Assembly: GCA_012295275.1 (NCBI GenBank)
Contig: CM022669.1
Coordinates: forward strand, 11,284,001 to 11,348,000
Direction of reading: 5' to 3'
DNA: 64,000 nt
From: Chrysomallon squamiferum
Taxonomy: Eukaryota; Animalia; Mollusca
A program made the position numbers and the translations under genes. The first letter of the stretch is position 1. The number at the start of each line of letters is the position of its first letter. Below are positions 28,201-40,347 of the stretch, piece after piece. The notes below the pieces were generated by a model that made no database searches, was not told where the DNA came from, and worked only from the letters and a program-made list of their open reading frames with translations.

Positions 28201-29233
28201 CTTCAGAATTAGTAATCTCAGTGGTTTTTCTTTAGCATCTTAACTTGAATTGGAGTGAAAATCTGTTATTTTTTATATTTTCAGATAAAGTTATTACCAG
28301 TAAAACTGGGAGTGTGTATTTCTTTAGCTTGGTAATTTAAATGAGGGATTGACCCATTGTTATTTCTTTTATAATAATTTCTTTACAAATACACTGTGTC
28401 TGGTAGCTTGTTTGGCTTTTTAACTTAAACTGGGAATAGTAAGATCTGGATTCTTTGATATAATCTTTTCCAGTAATGCTATTATCATAAATTGAAAATT
28501 AGCAGGTTTCTTTAAAATGATGGTTTTAAACTGGATATAAAAAGTGATCCTTTATTACAATTATTACTGTTATTATTATTATTTTTGTTTGTTATCAGGA
28601 TATAAAAAGTGAGAGAATCTTTACGACATATTAATATAGACAGGAATAAACTCAAATGAAATACTTTTTGACGACAACTTCTTTATCAAAAAATTACAGA
28701 CTGAAATCTCTTTTTTCATCATAATAAAGAAAATTATCGGGTGAAATAAGGGCCATTTCACTTTATTTTATTTTTTCTGATTTATTTATCAGTAAGCAGC
28801 TAAAAAGTATTTGTGTCATTTTATATATATATATATATTAAAGTAGAGAATGTCATTCACCTAATCATCTTTAAATGTGATTAACCTAAACAAAGTATAA
28901 ATAGTTATTATTTTTATTATTTTATTCGCAATGGTTTTCGTTTATTTGTTTATTTGTACATTCCTTAATACTGTGTGTATCTGTGCTTTGTGTGTGTGTG
29001 TGTGTGTGTGTTTGTCTTTATGCATATGTAACCCCAGATTTTTTTTCAGGACAGGAATACTGACTTACTGTGCAAAGCTAGTAAAATGAAGATGAAAACA
29101 AAAAGTATGATTTGTGAAAAAAAGCACTGTGTATGAAAAAAAACATTAAATAAAAAGTGAAAAGTAAAATAAAAATAAAATAAAAGGGAAGAAGTGCTTT
29201 GCTTACTGTCTGTAACTATGTTTATATGTATGT

Positions 29234-29271
<38 letters not shown>

Positions 29272-29890
29272 ATCTATCAGTATGTGTTTTTATTATTATT
29301 ATAATAATGATACTTTTTATTACATGACAGATGATAGCTATTTTATTTAATACAGTCTCTCTTGTGCACTTTTACACTGCCAAAATGATGGATAAAAATA
29401 TGTATAATAAGTATTATTAAGCCATGTAGCATCATTTACGTGTTAAAGTTTTGTGAAATAAAAACAATGAAATATAATTATTCTAGTTCAAATATCATTA
29501 GGGTACAACTGATTTTTTGTCTCTAAAAGCTAGATGCAAATATTTCTGCTACAATTTCTCTAAGATGTTATAATTGCAGGCATTTATTGACTGATTTTCT
29601 TAATTGATTTTATTCCTTTGAAATACATTATTCTTTTTAATTGAATTTTTTAATTTATTTATTTATAAATATATGTTAAAATTAATTAAATATTTTTTAA
29701 ATTTCAGTAAAACTTTATTTCTTTTTACATGTTTTATTTTGTTTTCTTTTTGTTTTTAACTTAAATATTGATATCAGTAAGTACTATTTATTTTTGTTTA
29801 TTTTTTTTTTTTTTTTTATATACTGAAAGGGATGGGATAAAGTTTAATTACATTAAAAAACACAAATTGTAATTTGACTTATAAACTTGC

Positions 29891-29914
29891 CTGTTCTTGC
29901 CTTTTCACCTGTAT
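29891..29914 (-). CDS. Candidate 24-nt Ig1-Ig2 linker microexon (DTGEKART) with GC donor
   Basis: TTTTTTAATTTTCAG|ATACAGGTGAAAAGGCAAGAACAG|GCAAGT. Phase 1-1, frame-preserving, and the GC donor matches consensus at all other positions. Confidence 0.65.
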
Positions 29915-30059
29915 CTGAAAATTAAAAAAATAATAATAATAATAATAAAGTGATATTAGTTATCTTTGCTAACTAAAGGTGAATAAATTACTATTATTAT
30001 AAAATAATCAAAAAGAAGGCTACAGTTATTATAGGTGTAGAACCATGGAATACGATACA

Positions 30060-30365
30060 GTGTGACATTAAATGTGATATAATAGGACATCATGTGTGAT
30101 ATGATATTAAGTGTGACATTAAATGTGATATAATAGGACATCATGTGTGATATGATATCAAGTGTGACATTTAATGTGATATAATAGGACATCATGTGTG
30201 ATATGATATTAAGTGTGACATTAAATGTGATATAATAGGACATCATGTGTGATATGATATCAAGTGTGACATTTAATGTGATATTTCTGTGAGAATGAGT
30301 GTGATGTGATATTTCTGTGAGAATGAGTGTGATGTGATATTTCTGTGAGAATGAGTGTGATGCGA
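30060..30365. repeat. 51-bp minisatellite (4+ copies) followed by a 28-bp unit x3
   Basis: gtgtgacattaaatgtgatataataggacatcatgtgtgatatgatattaa at 30060, 30111, 30162, 30213 and 30264 (partial). atatttctgtgagaatgagtgtgatgtg at 30281, 30309 and 30337. Confidence 0.95.
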
Positions 30366-30559
30366 TAGGCAACATAGTCATTCATTCACCAATAAAATTA
30401 AATGTGCTATTCTTTTAACCATGCTGAAGATTGACTCACATTTTCAACTATTTTCTATACTATTAACTGTAACATAACTTTAAAATTATTATCCTGATAT
30501 ATGTATTATAGTGAATAAGATATGTTGGGCAATATCTTCAACCATTTTCTATGAAATTG

Positions 30560-31080
30560 AATGTCATATACCTGTATGACATTGAATGATATATATCAGT
30601 ATATATTTATGACATGAATACCTATGATACTGAATGATATAGTCAAGTAATATATCAGAATATATCTTTACCACTATCTGTGATTATTGAACTATCTATT
30701 ATATTCAAAAAATACCTATGACATTGAGCATGCTGTTTATCCAATCATTACTCATGACACTGAATGATATATCAGGCTATATCACTCCCCAGGACACTGA
30801 TCAAGCTAAATATTCAACTATGTATGACAATCAACATGCTATATCTCCAACCTTTACCTATGAGATCAAGTTTGAAAAAGCTATGACAATGAATGATATA
30901 TATTAGGTTATATCTTCAACCATTACCTATGGCTTCAAGTTTGAAAATTAATGATATATATCATATTAAATCATCAAGCATTACTTACTGAGTGTGTTAT
31001 ACTTATGACATTGAATGATATATATCATGTTATATATTTAACACTGAGTCATATATACCTATGACACTGAATGATATACA
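30560..31080. repeat. Degenerate array related to the exon-end repeat
   Basis: Recurring (t)acctatgaca(c/t)tgaatgatata variants at about 30570, 30619, 30713, 30749, 30855, 30880, 30923, 31000 and 31056. Confidence 0.75.
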
Positions 31081-31337
31081 TCATGCTATATCTTGCTATG
31101 ACACTGTTACCTATGACATTGAGAGTGATACGTCGGACTATATGATATACATCATGCTCTATCTTGCTATGACATTGAGAGTGATATGTCGGACTATATG
31201 ATATACATCATGCTATATCTTGCTATGACACTGTTACCTATGACATTGAGAGTGATATGTCGGACTATGGGACTATGTCATCTCTATCTTGCTATGACAC
31301 TGTTACCTATGACATTGAGAGTGATATGTCGGACTAT
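31071..31337. repeat. About 71-bp tandem repeat containing the Ig1 exon 3' end and its splice donor
   Basis: Unit atgatatacatcatgctatatcttgctatgacactgttacctatgacattgagagtgatatgtcggactat at about 31071, 31142 (15-bp deletion), 31198 and a partial copy overlapping the exon. Confidence 0.92.
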
Positions 31338-31526
31338 GTCCTCTTTGGCGCTGATCTGACATTCGTAGACTCCTGCGTGTTTCAGCTGCACGTCTCGGAT
31401 GTGCAGATTCCACTCGGGACTGGCGAGCTGCGTGCGAGGTCGTCTCAGGTAGAACCGGCTGTCAGCCACAAACACGTACTCTCCTATAGTGATCGGGTGA
31501 GCCTGGCTCACCTTCTTCCATATTAC
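31307..31526 (-). CDS. Exon: C-terminal half of Ig1 (Trp and second Cys)
   Basis: Acceptor TTTTTCCCCAG, donor ATAG|GTAACA. 220 nt, phase 0 to 1. Overlaps ORF 31284..31511. VIW...EWNLHIRDVQLKHAGVYECQIS. Confidence 0.93.
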
Positions 31527-31925
31527 CTGGGGAAAAACATGTATAATAATTGTTATTGGAAAATCTTAATAATTGTGTTATTGGTCAGTTTTGATAACGG
31601 TTATTGGATTGCTTGGGTTTTTTCGTTACTTTAAAGATGTTGATATGTTTTTTCTGAATAAAAAAATATATATTCATTAGCTCAGATTCTAATTACTGAA
31701 GATTAGTCTTTACTAATAATAAAGTTTTAAAGGCCACTACTTTTGATTTGCAGTAAGTTATAATAATTAAGAAATAAGAAAATCCTTTTTTTTTTTTTTT
31801 TGTTAATTAAAAATATATATACATATCTGAGTATTTTTTTAAGAAAATAAACTTTTTAATATACTCTATTCCTGATTTGGAGATATTTTAATTCGTTTAC
31901 GAAGTTACGTGTGTATTTTACTCAC

Positions 31926-32050
31926 AGACTTTGGACCCAGGTTTTCCACAGCACACGGCAGAACTGCCTCGTCCCCTCTTTTCACTGTGATGTTCACCGG
32001 GGTGTCGAGGAAGCCTGGCAACATGTACCTCATTGGATGCGACCCAGAAG
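31926..32050 (-). CDS. Exon: N-terminal half of Ig1 (first Cys)
   Basis: Acceptor CTGTTTTCAG (CAG 32053-32051), donor TCT|GTGAGT. 125 nt, phase 1 to 0. Encodes PGFLDTPVNITVKRGDEAVLPCAVENLGPKS. Not in the ORF track in this orientation. Confidence 0.92.
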
Positions 32051-32423
32051 CTGAAAACAGAATTTTAAATTTAATTAATTTTTACTTCATCACATTGCAG
32101 CAAAATTATCAAATTTAGAAACTGTTTGTAAAAAATGTTTTTAAAAAGCATGCCAGTGTTGGTTCTTAAGAAAACTAGTCTAAGAATAGTTTGTGTGCAC
32201 TACTGTGTTCATGTTATCTTTCATTCTAACCTTTTCTGATAATAAAGTATGTAATCATGCCACGACATTATAAAAATATCTCTTGATGCCACTTCAAAAC
32301 AATTTGTAAAAGGAACAGAAATGTATATTTATTATTGTTTACCGGCAAAAATAACTTATTGTTTAATACCTGAGTTTACCTAATAACTATTGATATAAAA
32401 ATATATATTAAAGGTTTCATTAA

Positions 32424-32474
<51 letters not shown>

Positions 32475-34062
32475 TGTCATTCATTCACTTTACTTTAAAG
32501 TCTTCTGGTCATTTACATCATACATTATACATTTTTCTGATACGAAATGTTTTTAAGAACACAAACCATTGACCAGTTAATTATTCTCTATAAAAACAAG
32601 GTTAATATTCTGGAATTCCAATTATTTTAGGATTAGTTTGGAGTAATACAGCAATAATGATGACTTGGGGGACACGATGATCTATTTTTAGATTTTATTG
32701 CTTCAGGTTCAAAACTCTTCATTCTCTATTCTGTCAATAATCCAAATGAATCAGTCAGTCATCACAACTGATCTTGTTGATGATTCCACTAAATACATCA
32801 GTCACCATTCATGTAGAATCATTCAATCAGTAATACTTACTATTCAGTTAATTCAGTTACCAATAATTCTAGACTAATATGTCAGCCATCAATACTAAAT
32901 GAGTTTAGTCAATCATCAATACTTAATCAAGTAAGTCAATCAAAACTTAATCAGTAAGTCAATTATCAGTACTACATAAGTAAGTCAAGCATCAATACTA
33001 ATTCTTACTGAATCAATCATTATTCCTACTGGATCATTCAGCATCATTGCTACATCAATCAATCAATCATTAGTCATACAGAATCATAAAATCAGTAACC
33101 TATTAAATTAATCAACATTAGTCATAATGAATCATAATCATCAATCTACTGGATCATTCATCAATCACACTCAGAATTAAACAGTCTGAAATCCTAGAAT
33201 ACATGTCACTGATAAATCCTTTTTTTTTGTTGAAAAATCAATTATTCTGTCAAATAAATTAATAATACTTTTAACTATATCAACAATCCTTTTAAATAAA
33301 TCAACAATCCTTTCAAATAAATCAACAATCCTACTGCATTGATCCAATCAGTCATAGTGAATCAAACAAGAGATTCACACAGAATGAGTTAAGACAGGTT
33401 GTATTCATGGTGCATGTATGGGACTATGGCTGTGGAATATTGATGATATTTAACACCAGTGATATCATGATGACTATTGACCTGGTGTCATTTATCACAC
33501 CAGACTGGGCTCTGATTTCACACTTATTTGAATCCAGACTGCTAACACACTGAATCAGTATTTTCCTTCATCTCGATAATGTCTTGTGGAACTTGTAAAT
33601 TTTTCATTATTCAGTACATAAGGAATATGTTTTTGATTCCCCGTCCAAAATTTTTTTTTTTTTATTACTATTCCTACATGTTGTAGAAATTATTAATGTA
33701 TTTTCTGTTCACAGATGCATTTAATTACTGATAAATGATTTTTTTTCTTCTTTGATGAACACATGAGTGAACATATTTTTTTAATTATTGATAAAAATTC
33801 ATTTAAGAGAGAGAGAGAGAGAGAGATTGGGCAATGGTTGAAACTGAAGGTGACAATGTTACTACTACTGCTGCTGCTATGTCTATTACTACTACTACTA
33901 CCACCATTATGACCACTACTACAGTCACTATTACCATTGCTACTTCTATTACTACTACCACTACTAATACCATTTGCCACATAAACTGCAAAAATTTTTT
34001 TAACAAAAGTTTGAGCTTCTAAGTTTTAACTAAGTCACCTCTACCAATATATCCAATCTCAC

Positions 34063-34111
34063 CGTAATGTCCATAAAAAACAACAACAACACCACCAAAA
34101 CATGAACTCAT
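34063..34111 (-). CDS. Weak candidate start/signal-peptide exon (MSSCFGGVVVVFYGHY)
   Basis: Acceptor TATCTTTCAG at 34152, ATG at 34111, donor TACG|GTGAGA in phase 1, compatible with exon 32050. The hydrophobic core comes from a (GTT)n repeat and is weak. Confidence 0.2.
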
Positions 34112-34959
34112 TTAGAATCAACTTTCCTAAACAACAAAATAAATCAACAGCCTGAAAGATAATTTCTCAAATCTTCGACACAAACACAGATTTTCTCCCC
34201 TTTTTTTTTTTTTAATGTTGTAAAACAGAGATTTTTTGTGTGTATGTGTAAAAACTAAGACAACCCTCGGACTTGTTAACAAAAACCTGAAATGAGAAGA
34301 TCAATGTAAGACATTAAGTCAGCTGATGGCCTAACAACTTCCTTGAACATTACCCAGGCAGTTTGACTGCTTGTTTTTGCGTCAAATGCAAATTGGCAGA
34401 AGAACGTGGAATGGTCCTCTGCTTTCCCTCCGTGTTTTAAGAATCTTCTCTCCGACTGGCAGTAAAGAATCATCAGCAGACTTTAAATGGTGTGGCTCTG
34501 ACAGACAGGAAGTGAAAGATAGTGGTTGTGAAATTACTTCTGGAAATTAACACTTAGCATGCAGCTTAACACTCTGGCTTTCTCCCTGTCATTATCCACA
34601 GGTTTACCATACAAGTAGATCAATAGCTTCACACTTCTTCCAGAGTTTTTGTTTCTGCTGTAATGGCGATTTCTTTCAAGTTGTTTTATTTGTAACTTTA
34701 TGTTTTTTGGTTTTTCTGTAGTAATAGAGTTAGTTTCAATCTGTTTTCATTTGCGTTTTTCGTTTTTTTGCATGTATCGTGTGTTATATGGTTTGCTTCT
34801 TCTTAATTTCCTATTTCTTCTTTTTAAATTTTGTTTGTGTTTTTATTCTTGTATGCTTCTTATTGTTTAAAGTTTTGTTTGCAGTTTTGTCTATATGTTT
34901 ATTGTTATGATTAATATTGTTTGTTGGAAGTTACATAATTCATTTCAGTCTGGTTTCAG

Positions 34960-35080
34960 GATGGTCATAGGATCAAACCTTTGTGGCTGTGCTCATGGGA
35001 CATTTTCCCAATCTTGCATATGCTCAAAGTTTGACTTAATAAAGACTGTTAACCACTTTTTCTTCCTGTAAATGGTAATG
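34960..35080 (+). mobile_element. Possible third, more decayed SINE copy
   Basis: ggtcataggatcaaacc (tRNA T-loop/B-box-like) followed by ...attttccca..., colinear with 1786-1840. Confidence 0.3.
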
Positions 35081-35847
35081 ATGGATAGTTCCACAAAGAC
35101 AAATTTATTGCCTTTCCTGTGAAGGTTTTTTTTTGTTTTTATTGTTTGTTTTTGTTGTTGTTTGTATTTTTAAACAGCCTTGGAGACAGAAAAAACAACA
35201 ACAACAACAACAACAACAAGAAAACTGAAGAAGAAAACCATCCCACCAAGTTTCCCCATTTGTACAAAGCACACAGAGATTGATTCCATCTGTGACAGAC
35301 AGTTTCAATTAATGGTGGCCGATTAATGCAAATTGGCAAAAACCAGAACTGGCTTTTTTTTTTGCCTTCTTCTTAATTTCTTCTTTTTAGATTTTTTTTT
35401 CTCCCTCGTCATTCACTTAATATTCCTTAATGCTATCTGCGTGCCATATCATCTCTGCAGTTCTTCAAGCCAGGTTCAGCACTCTTCACGACAAATTGAA
35501 GATGACTGAATTCAAAGCTTTTTAAAAGGATTTCTTCATTTAGTGCATCTGTTATTTAAACCTCTGTAATATTGTTTCTGTCAGTATTTATGCCGTAATG
35601 AAGCAAAACAGTCTGGATTTAGAAACCTTATTTTTAGATCCTGGATTGTCCTCAGCAAAAAAAAAGAAAAAAGAGAATGAATGAAATGAAGTTATTGTTT
35701 TTGATCTCTTAAAGAGCACCTGTCTGGAAAGGGATAAACAATATTTATCAAAGATCAGATGATTATATCAGAGAGATATGATATGGAGTTTATATGGATT
35801 TGAAAGCAGGATTTTATTGTGTTTGGTGTCTATATATTTTATTCTCT

Positions 35848-35975
<128 letters not shown>

Positions 35976-36789
35976 TTGCCTTTATCTGTAAGTGTATATA
36001 TGTGTGTCTATCTACCTAGATAATCTGTGAACCTATCAAGCTGCTTGACTGTCTATGCATTATCCATCTCTAGATAGTGAGCAATCTCTTTTTACACACA
36101 TGTGTGTGCATGCACATCCACACACAGATACACATACACATACACACACATACATACATGCACACTCAGATATACTGTATGTGGTGTCTACATCGTTCCA
36201 AATTAAATCCTCAAGAGAGAAAGTCCACTAATTGCACTGTTTAGATCAGTTACACTGTGATGAATATTTGAGTGCACGGTTTTAATAAATTACCAGAAAT
36301 TTACATGCACCGAGAAAACTGCAACTGCTACATTAAAAATTAACTTGATGGTGAGAAAGATCAGTGATTCAGACCAAATGATTCAGCACGTTGCAATATG
36401 TCCACTGGTTCTCTGCAAGCCTCTCCTGAAGGTTCAAGCATGTTTTCCAGGACAGCGTTGGTGTTAGTGTGTTGAAAGGTTAGTTACAGAGAGTTGAGAA
36501 GGTTTTATTTTTTTTATCTGTGAGTTGGGGCTTTTTCTTGGATATGGTTCAGAAACAAACAAACTTCTTAAACTCTTGAGTGGCTTTGGTAGCTATTAAA
36601 GTTGTCACAGTTTTAATGTCCCATGTACTATACCTGACAGGTAGCATTCCATTGGGTCAAATTCCCAAGAGGTCAAAATGCCTGATGGTTGAAATATAAG
36701 TACTTGTCTGTTATGTAAACACTAGTCTATTATCTGTGTAGTTAACAAACTGGACAGCATTGTGGGCATTAAAGTATTTATATTATTAA

Positions 36790-37385
36790 AACTAAAATTC
36801 TTTTACTTTCTTTGGCAAACAAGGAACTGAGTTTTCTAATTCTGATGAGAAAATTCTTTGAACATTCTTTTACTCTGTCTGTCTGGCAACAACAAAAGAA
36901 TTAAAGTTTTTTAATTCTGATGATAAAATTCTTTTATCACTTAACAAAAATTTAAAAGAAAAATTCTTTTACTCTCTTTGACAAAAAACCAAAAAGAACT
37001 GAGCTTTTCGAATTCTGATGATAAAATTCTTTAGTAACTTAACACAATTTTTTAAAAACAACTTTTACTCTGACAACAAAACAAATGAGGTATTCTGATT
37101 CTGAAGATAAAATTCTTTGATCAGTTAACACAGTTTTAAAAAAAAGAAAAACCCTTTTACTTTGACAACAAAATAACTGATGTTTACTAATTCCGACGAT
37201 AAAATTCTTTGATAACTTAACACAATTAAAAAAATATATATTTTTTTAAACTTTTTTTTTGACAGCAAGAGAATTGAAATTTTCTAATTCTGTTGATAAA
37301 ATTCTTTGATAACTGAAGATTTTTTTAAAAATTCTTTCACTCTCTCTTTCTGACAACAAAAGAATTGACGCTTTCTGATTCAGCA
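36790..37385. repeat. Degenerate about 75-100-bp tandem repeat, about 7 copies
   Basis: Core aattctgatgataaaattcttt...ttaacac...tttactct(t)gacaacaaa recurs near 36840, 36915, 37013, 37099, 37190 and 37287. Confidence 0.85.
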
Positions 37386-37622
37386 CACGTACTCATCTCT
37401 TTCTTGCCACGAATCTGTGAAACTGCTCAGTGAGTAATTTACACTTTATCTCTTCTTCTGCTCATCAGCTGAGCCATCATTACAACCCATCAGGTGACAC
37501 TAATCAACAAGCTCTTCTTTCTCTCTCTCTCTCTTTAAACGACTGTTTTGTTTGATTAGCGAAAGACACACACGAAAGTTTCCAGAGATGTGAATTTCAA
37601 TGGGTTATTTCCCTCCCAGGAT

Positions 37623-37770
37623 TGGTGTGTTGTATATTGTTTTATATCTCACAGATGTGTTTTGTATATTTTTTGTATCTCACAGATGTGTGTTGTATAT
37701 TTTTTTGTATCTCACAGAGTGGTGTGTTGTATATTTTTTGTAACTCACGGAGTGGTGTGTTGTTATCACA
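37623..37770. repeat. About 30-bp minisatellite, about 5 copies
   Basis: gtgtgttgtatattttttgtatctcacaga variants. Confidence 0.88.
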
Positions 37771-38099
37771 TCTAATGAACGACTGCTGTGAAGAAGAATG
37801 AGAAGAGTTTCATGACTTGGATGTGAATTTTCTCTTAATTACATTCTTTTCACCGTGGTTCAGAAATAAATGTGTTCCGTAATGTCTTTCGTTTCTAAGT
37901 GACAATTAAGGCTTAAGCACGCCTCTCCTGGGTCCGAAGCAGAGTTGTGTGGACTGCCCACCCAGGACTGAAGTTAATTGTTAGACTGATTTTTTAAAAG
38001 ACTTTGGTTCTTCCTGTTGTTCTTCGTATTTGATCAATACTTTATTACTGCACCTTTTACACTATACAAGTTACCTTTGAGAGAAAGAGAGAAAATGTA

Positions 38100-38331
<232 letters not shown>

Positions 38332-40309
38332 ACCATAAAATACAGAATGAAATTAAATAGAAATGTGACGAATTTAATTTAAATTTAAAGAAAAAATAGA
38401 GTAAGAAAAATATATACACACATGACTTTTGAAATGAAAGAATGTACAAAAATGGTTATTATTAATCCACAAAATAATTTTAAAATTTAAGAATTTCTTT
38501 GCAAACAAAACAAATATATCTTAACATTTTTTTTTTATACATCTACCTCCTCTCAAAATTCACTTTTTTTTTCATTTAAAAAAAAAAACATGACTTAAAC
38601 TAAATATTTTCAATACTTTTTTATTAACAAAACTCCTGCTGCTCCTCTCTACTCGTGTTTCTGTACTCACAATTTATTCTTTTTCAACCATCCAAAACCA
38701 TCACTTATACCAAATATTAATAATCCTATTTTCGATATTTCTTTATTAAGAAAAACCCTGCTACTTTCATCCTGTTAGCCCACCATTCAATTCATCTTAC
38801 ATGTGTTTGATAATTCTTGTTTCTTAACCATTAAGAAAGACCACTTGTTCAGCACAGAGGCTAGGTGAGTGTACAGAAATATTTGTTTTTCTTACTTTCT
38901 TCTGACAGAGAGTGATTCAGTGATGGATAGACTGGTTCTGCTATCACCAGTGTTTTCAATTACGGAATCTCCACAGAACTCTGTTTATCCATTTTGTTAA
39001 CGTTTATTTTATTTTTCATCATGAAACCAAATTAAAATGTTCTTTATACAAACAGGCTTCTGCTAATAGGATTTAGACAGACAGGAATGTATATCTGTGT
39101 AAGTGTGTGTGTTATATTTTATATATATATACTATATATATACACATACACAAACAACACATGTACATATATAAATTTAATATACACACACACATACACA
39201 CACACACAGGACATATGCATAGAAACAAAGGCCTATCCCATAAGATACCAAAAATAAATGAATAAATAATAATAATAATAATAATAAATAAATAAAATAA
39301 TAATAAATGAAATAATAATATAAAACATAAAAGATATTATGAAAGATGAAAATGTTTACCGATTTAAGAAATGACACTTTTAAAAAGAAATCAAAATTTA
39401 AAACGATTCTATGTAAAACTGAAAGAACAACAAATGCCAGTTCCACCACTGATTTCTAAATTACTGTTGAAAAAAAATTATCCAGAAAGGATAAAAATAA
39501 GAGGTAAAAAAAAAACCTTACCAAAATCACCAAATTGATTCAGAGTGTGGGTGTGTATCAGGAACAGTCTTTAAATCAATTACCTCAATATAATGAGTGA
39601 CAAAAAAACACTACACAAAACAAAAAAACAAAAATTACCAAAAAAAAAAAATTTTTTAAAAAATTATCTATTAAAAATTATTCTTTTCATTTAATCATTA
39701 CAAAAAGATAAGCCATTTAAATAATTTAAGGGAAATTTTTTTTTTTTTTTTTCCTTTCAGATAGTCAAGGAAGGTTAGAAAAGAAACACCAACAACATTA
39801 TCTTTAGATGAAAAAAACAACAACAAACCATTTGGATAAAAGATTACTTGACTGAGCAATTAGCCAGATTGTTGGTTTTTATGATGTGAAGTTATGACAG
39901 TGTTTGGAAGTGAAAGGGGCTCTAATTGTCTCTGTTATGACTCATAAACATTATCAGTGACAGAACAGTTGTACATACTAAATGACTTTAACGGCCGAGG
40001 GTTTGTTCCCTCTCTCGTAAGTCATGGTGCATTTCATTTTATTGGAGAAACAGCGAACTCAGTCTGTGATGTTAATTTGTTCCAGGTGGTGCCTTTCGCA
40101 TTTAGAATTATTATAAAGAGATTGTTAGGTAGGTAGGTAGGTAGATAAATAAATATGTTTGAATGTTTGATAGATAAGAGGTAAACAGAAAGATAGAGAG
40201 AAAGATAGACAGACAGATAGATGGGATATATAGATAGACATATATTACATATGTAAATATATATATATATGTTTGTGCATGTATGTATGTATGTACATAT
40301 GCATGCATG

Positions 40310-40347
<38 letters not shown>

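Larger units (their letters stand above)
13275..32050 (-). other. Spliced gene (5' end not resolved): Dpr/ZIG-8-like two-Ig-domain cell-surface protein, probably GPI-anchored
   Basis: Six exons join in one frame (phases 1-0-1-1-1-1): xSGSHPMRYMLPGFLDTPVNITVKRGDEAVLPCAVENLGPKS/VIWKKVSQAHPITIGEYVFVADSRFYLRRPRTQLASPEWNLHIRDVQLKHAGVYECQISAKEDIVRHITLNVI/DTGEKART/GISLSGTRYVEKGTSIKLNCTA...WFKDG...DAGTYVCRSSNVHIASLKVIVLN/AETSNVKR/GTFP...VVLHLLLTSAVVVVCMMLVSSYQIT*. Ig1 has Dpr-family hallmarks (C-x-V-x-NLG-x-K-x-VxW, TxG, D-x-RF, EWNL-x-I, G-x-YECQ). Confidence 0.9.

Noticed and set aside
29956-30381. 141-aa ORF with a 17-aa repeat
   Set aside because: It arises from the 51-bp (3n) minisatellite in an intron, and no compatible splice sites were identified.
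31257-32118. Plus-strand ORFs 31257..31634 and 31909..32118 (also 24853..25056 and 25210..25416)
   Set aside because: They are antisense shadows of the real minus-strand Ig exons.
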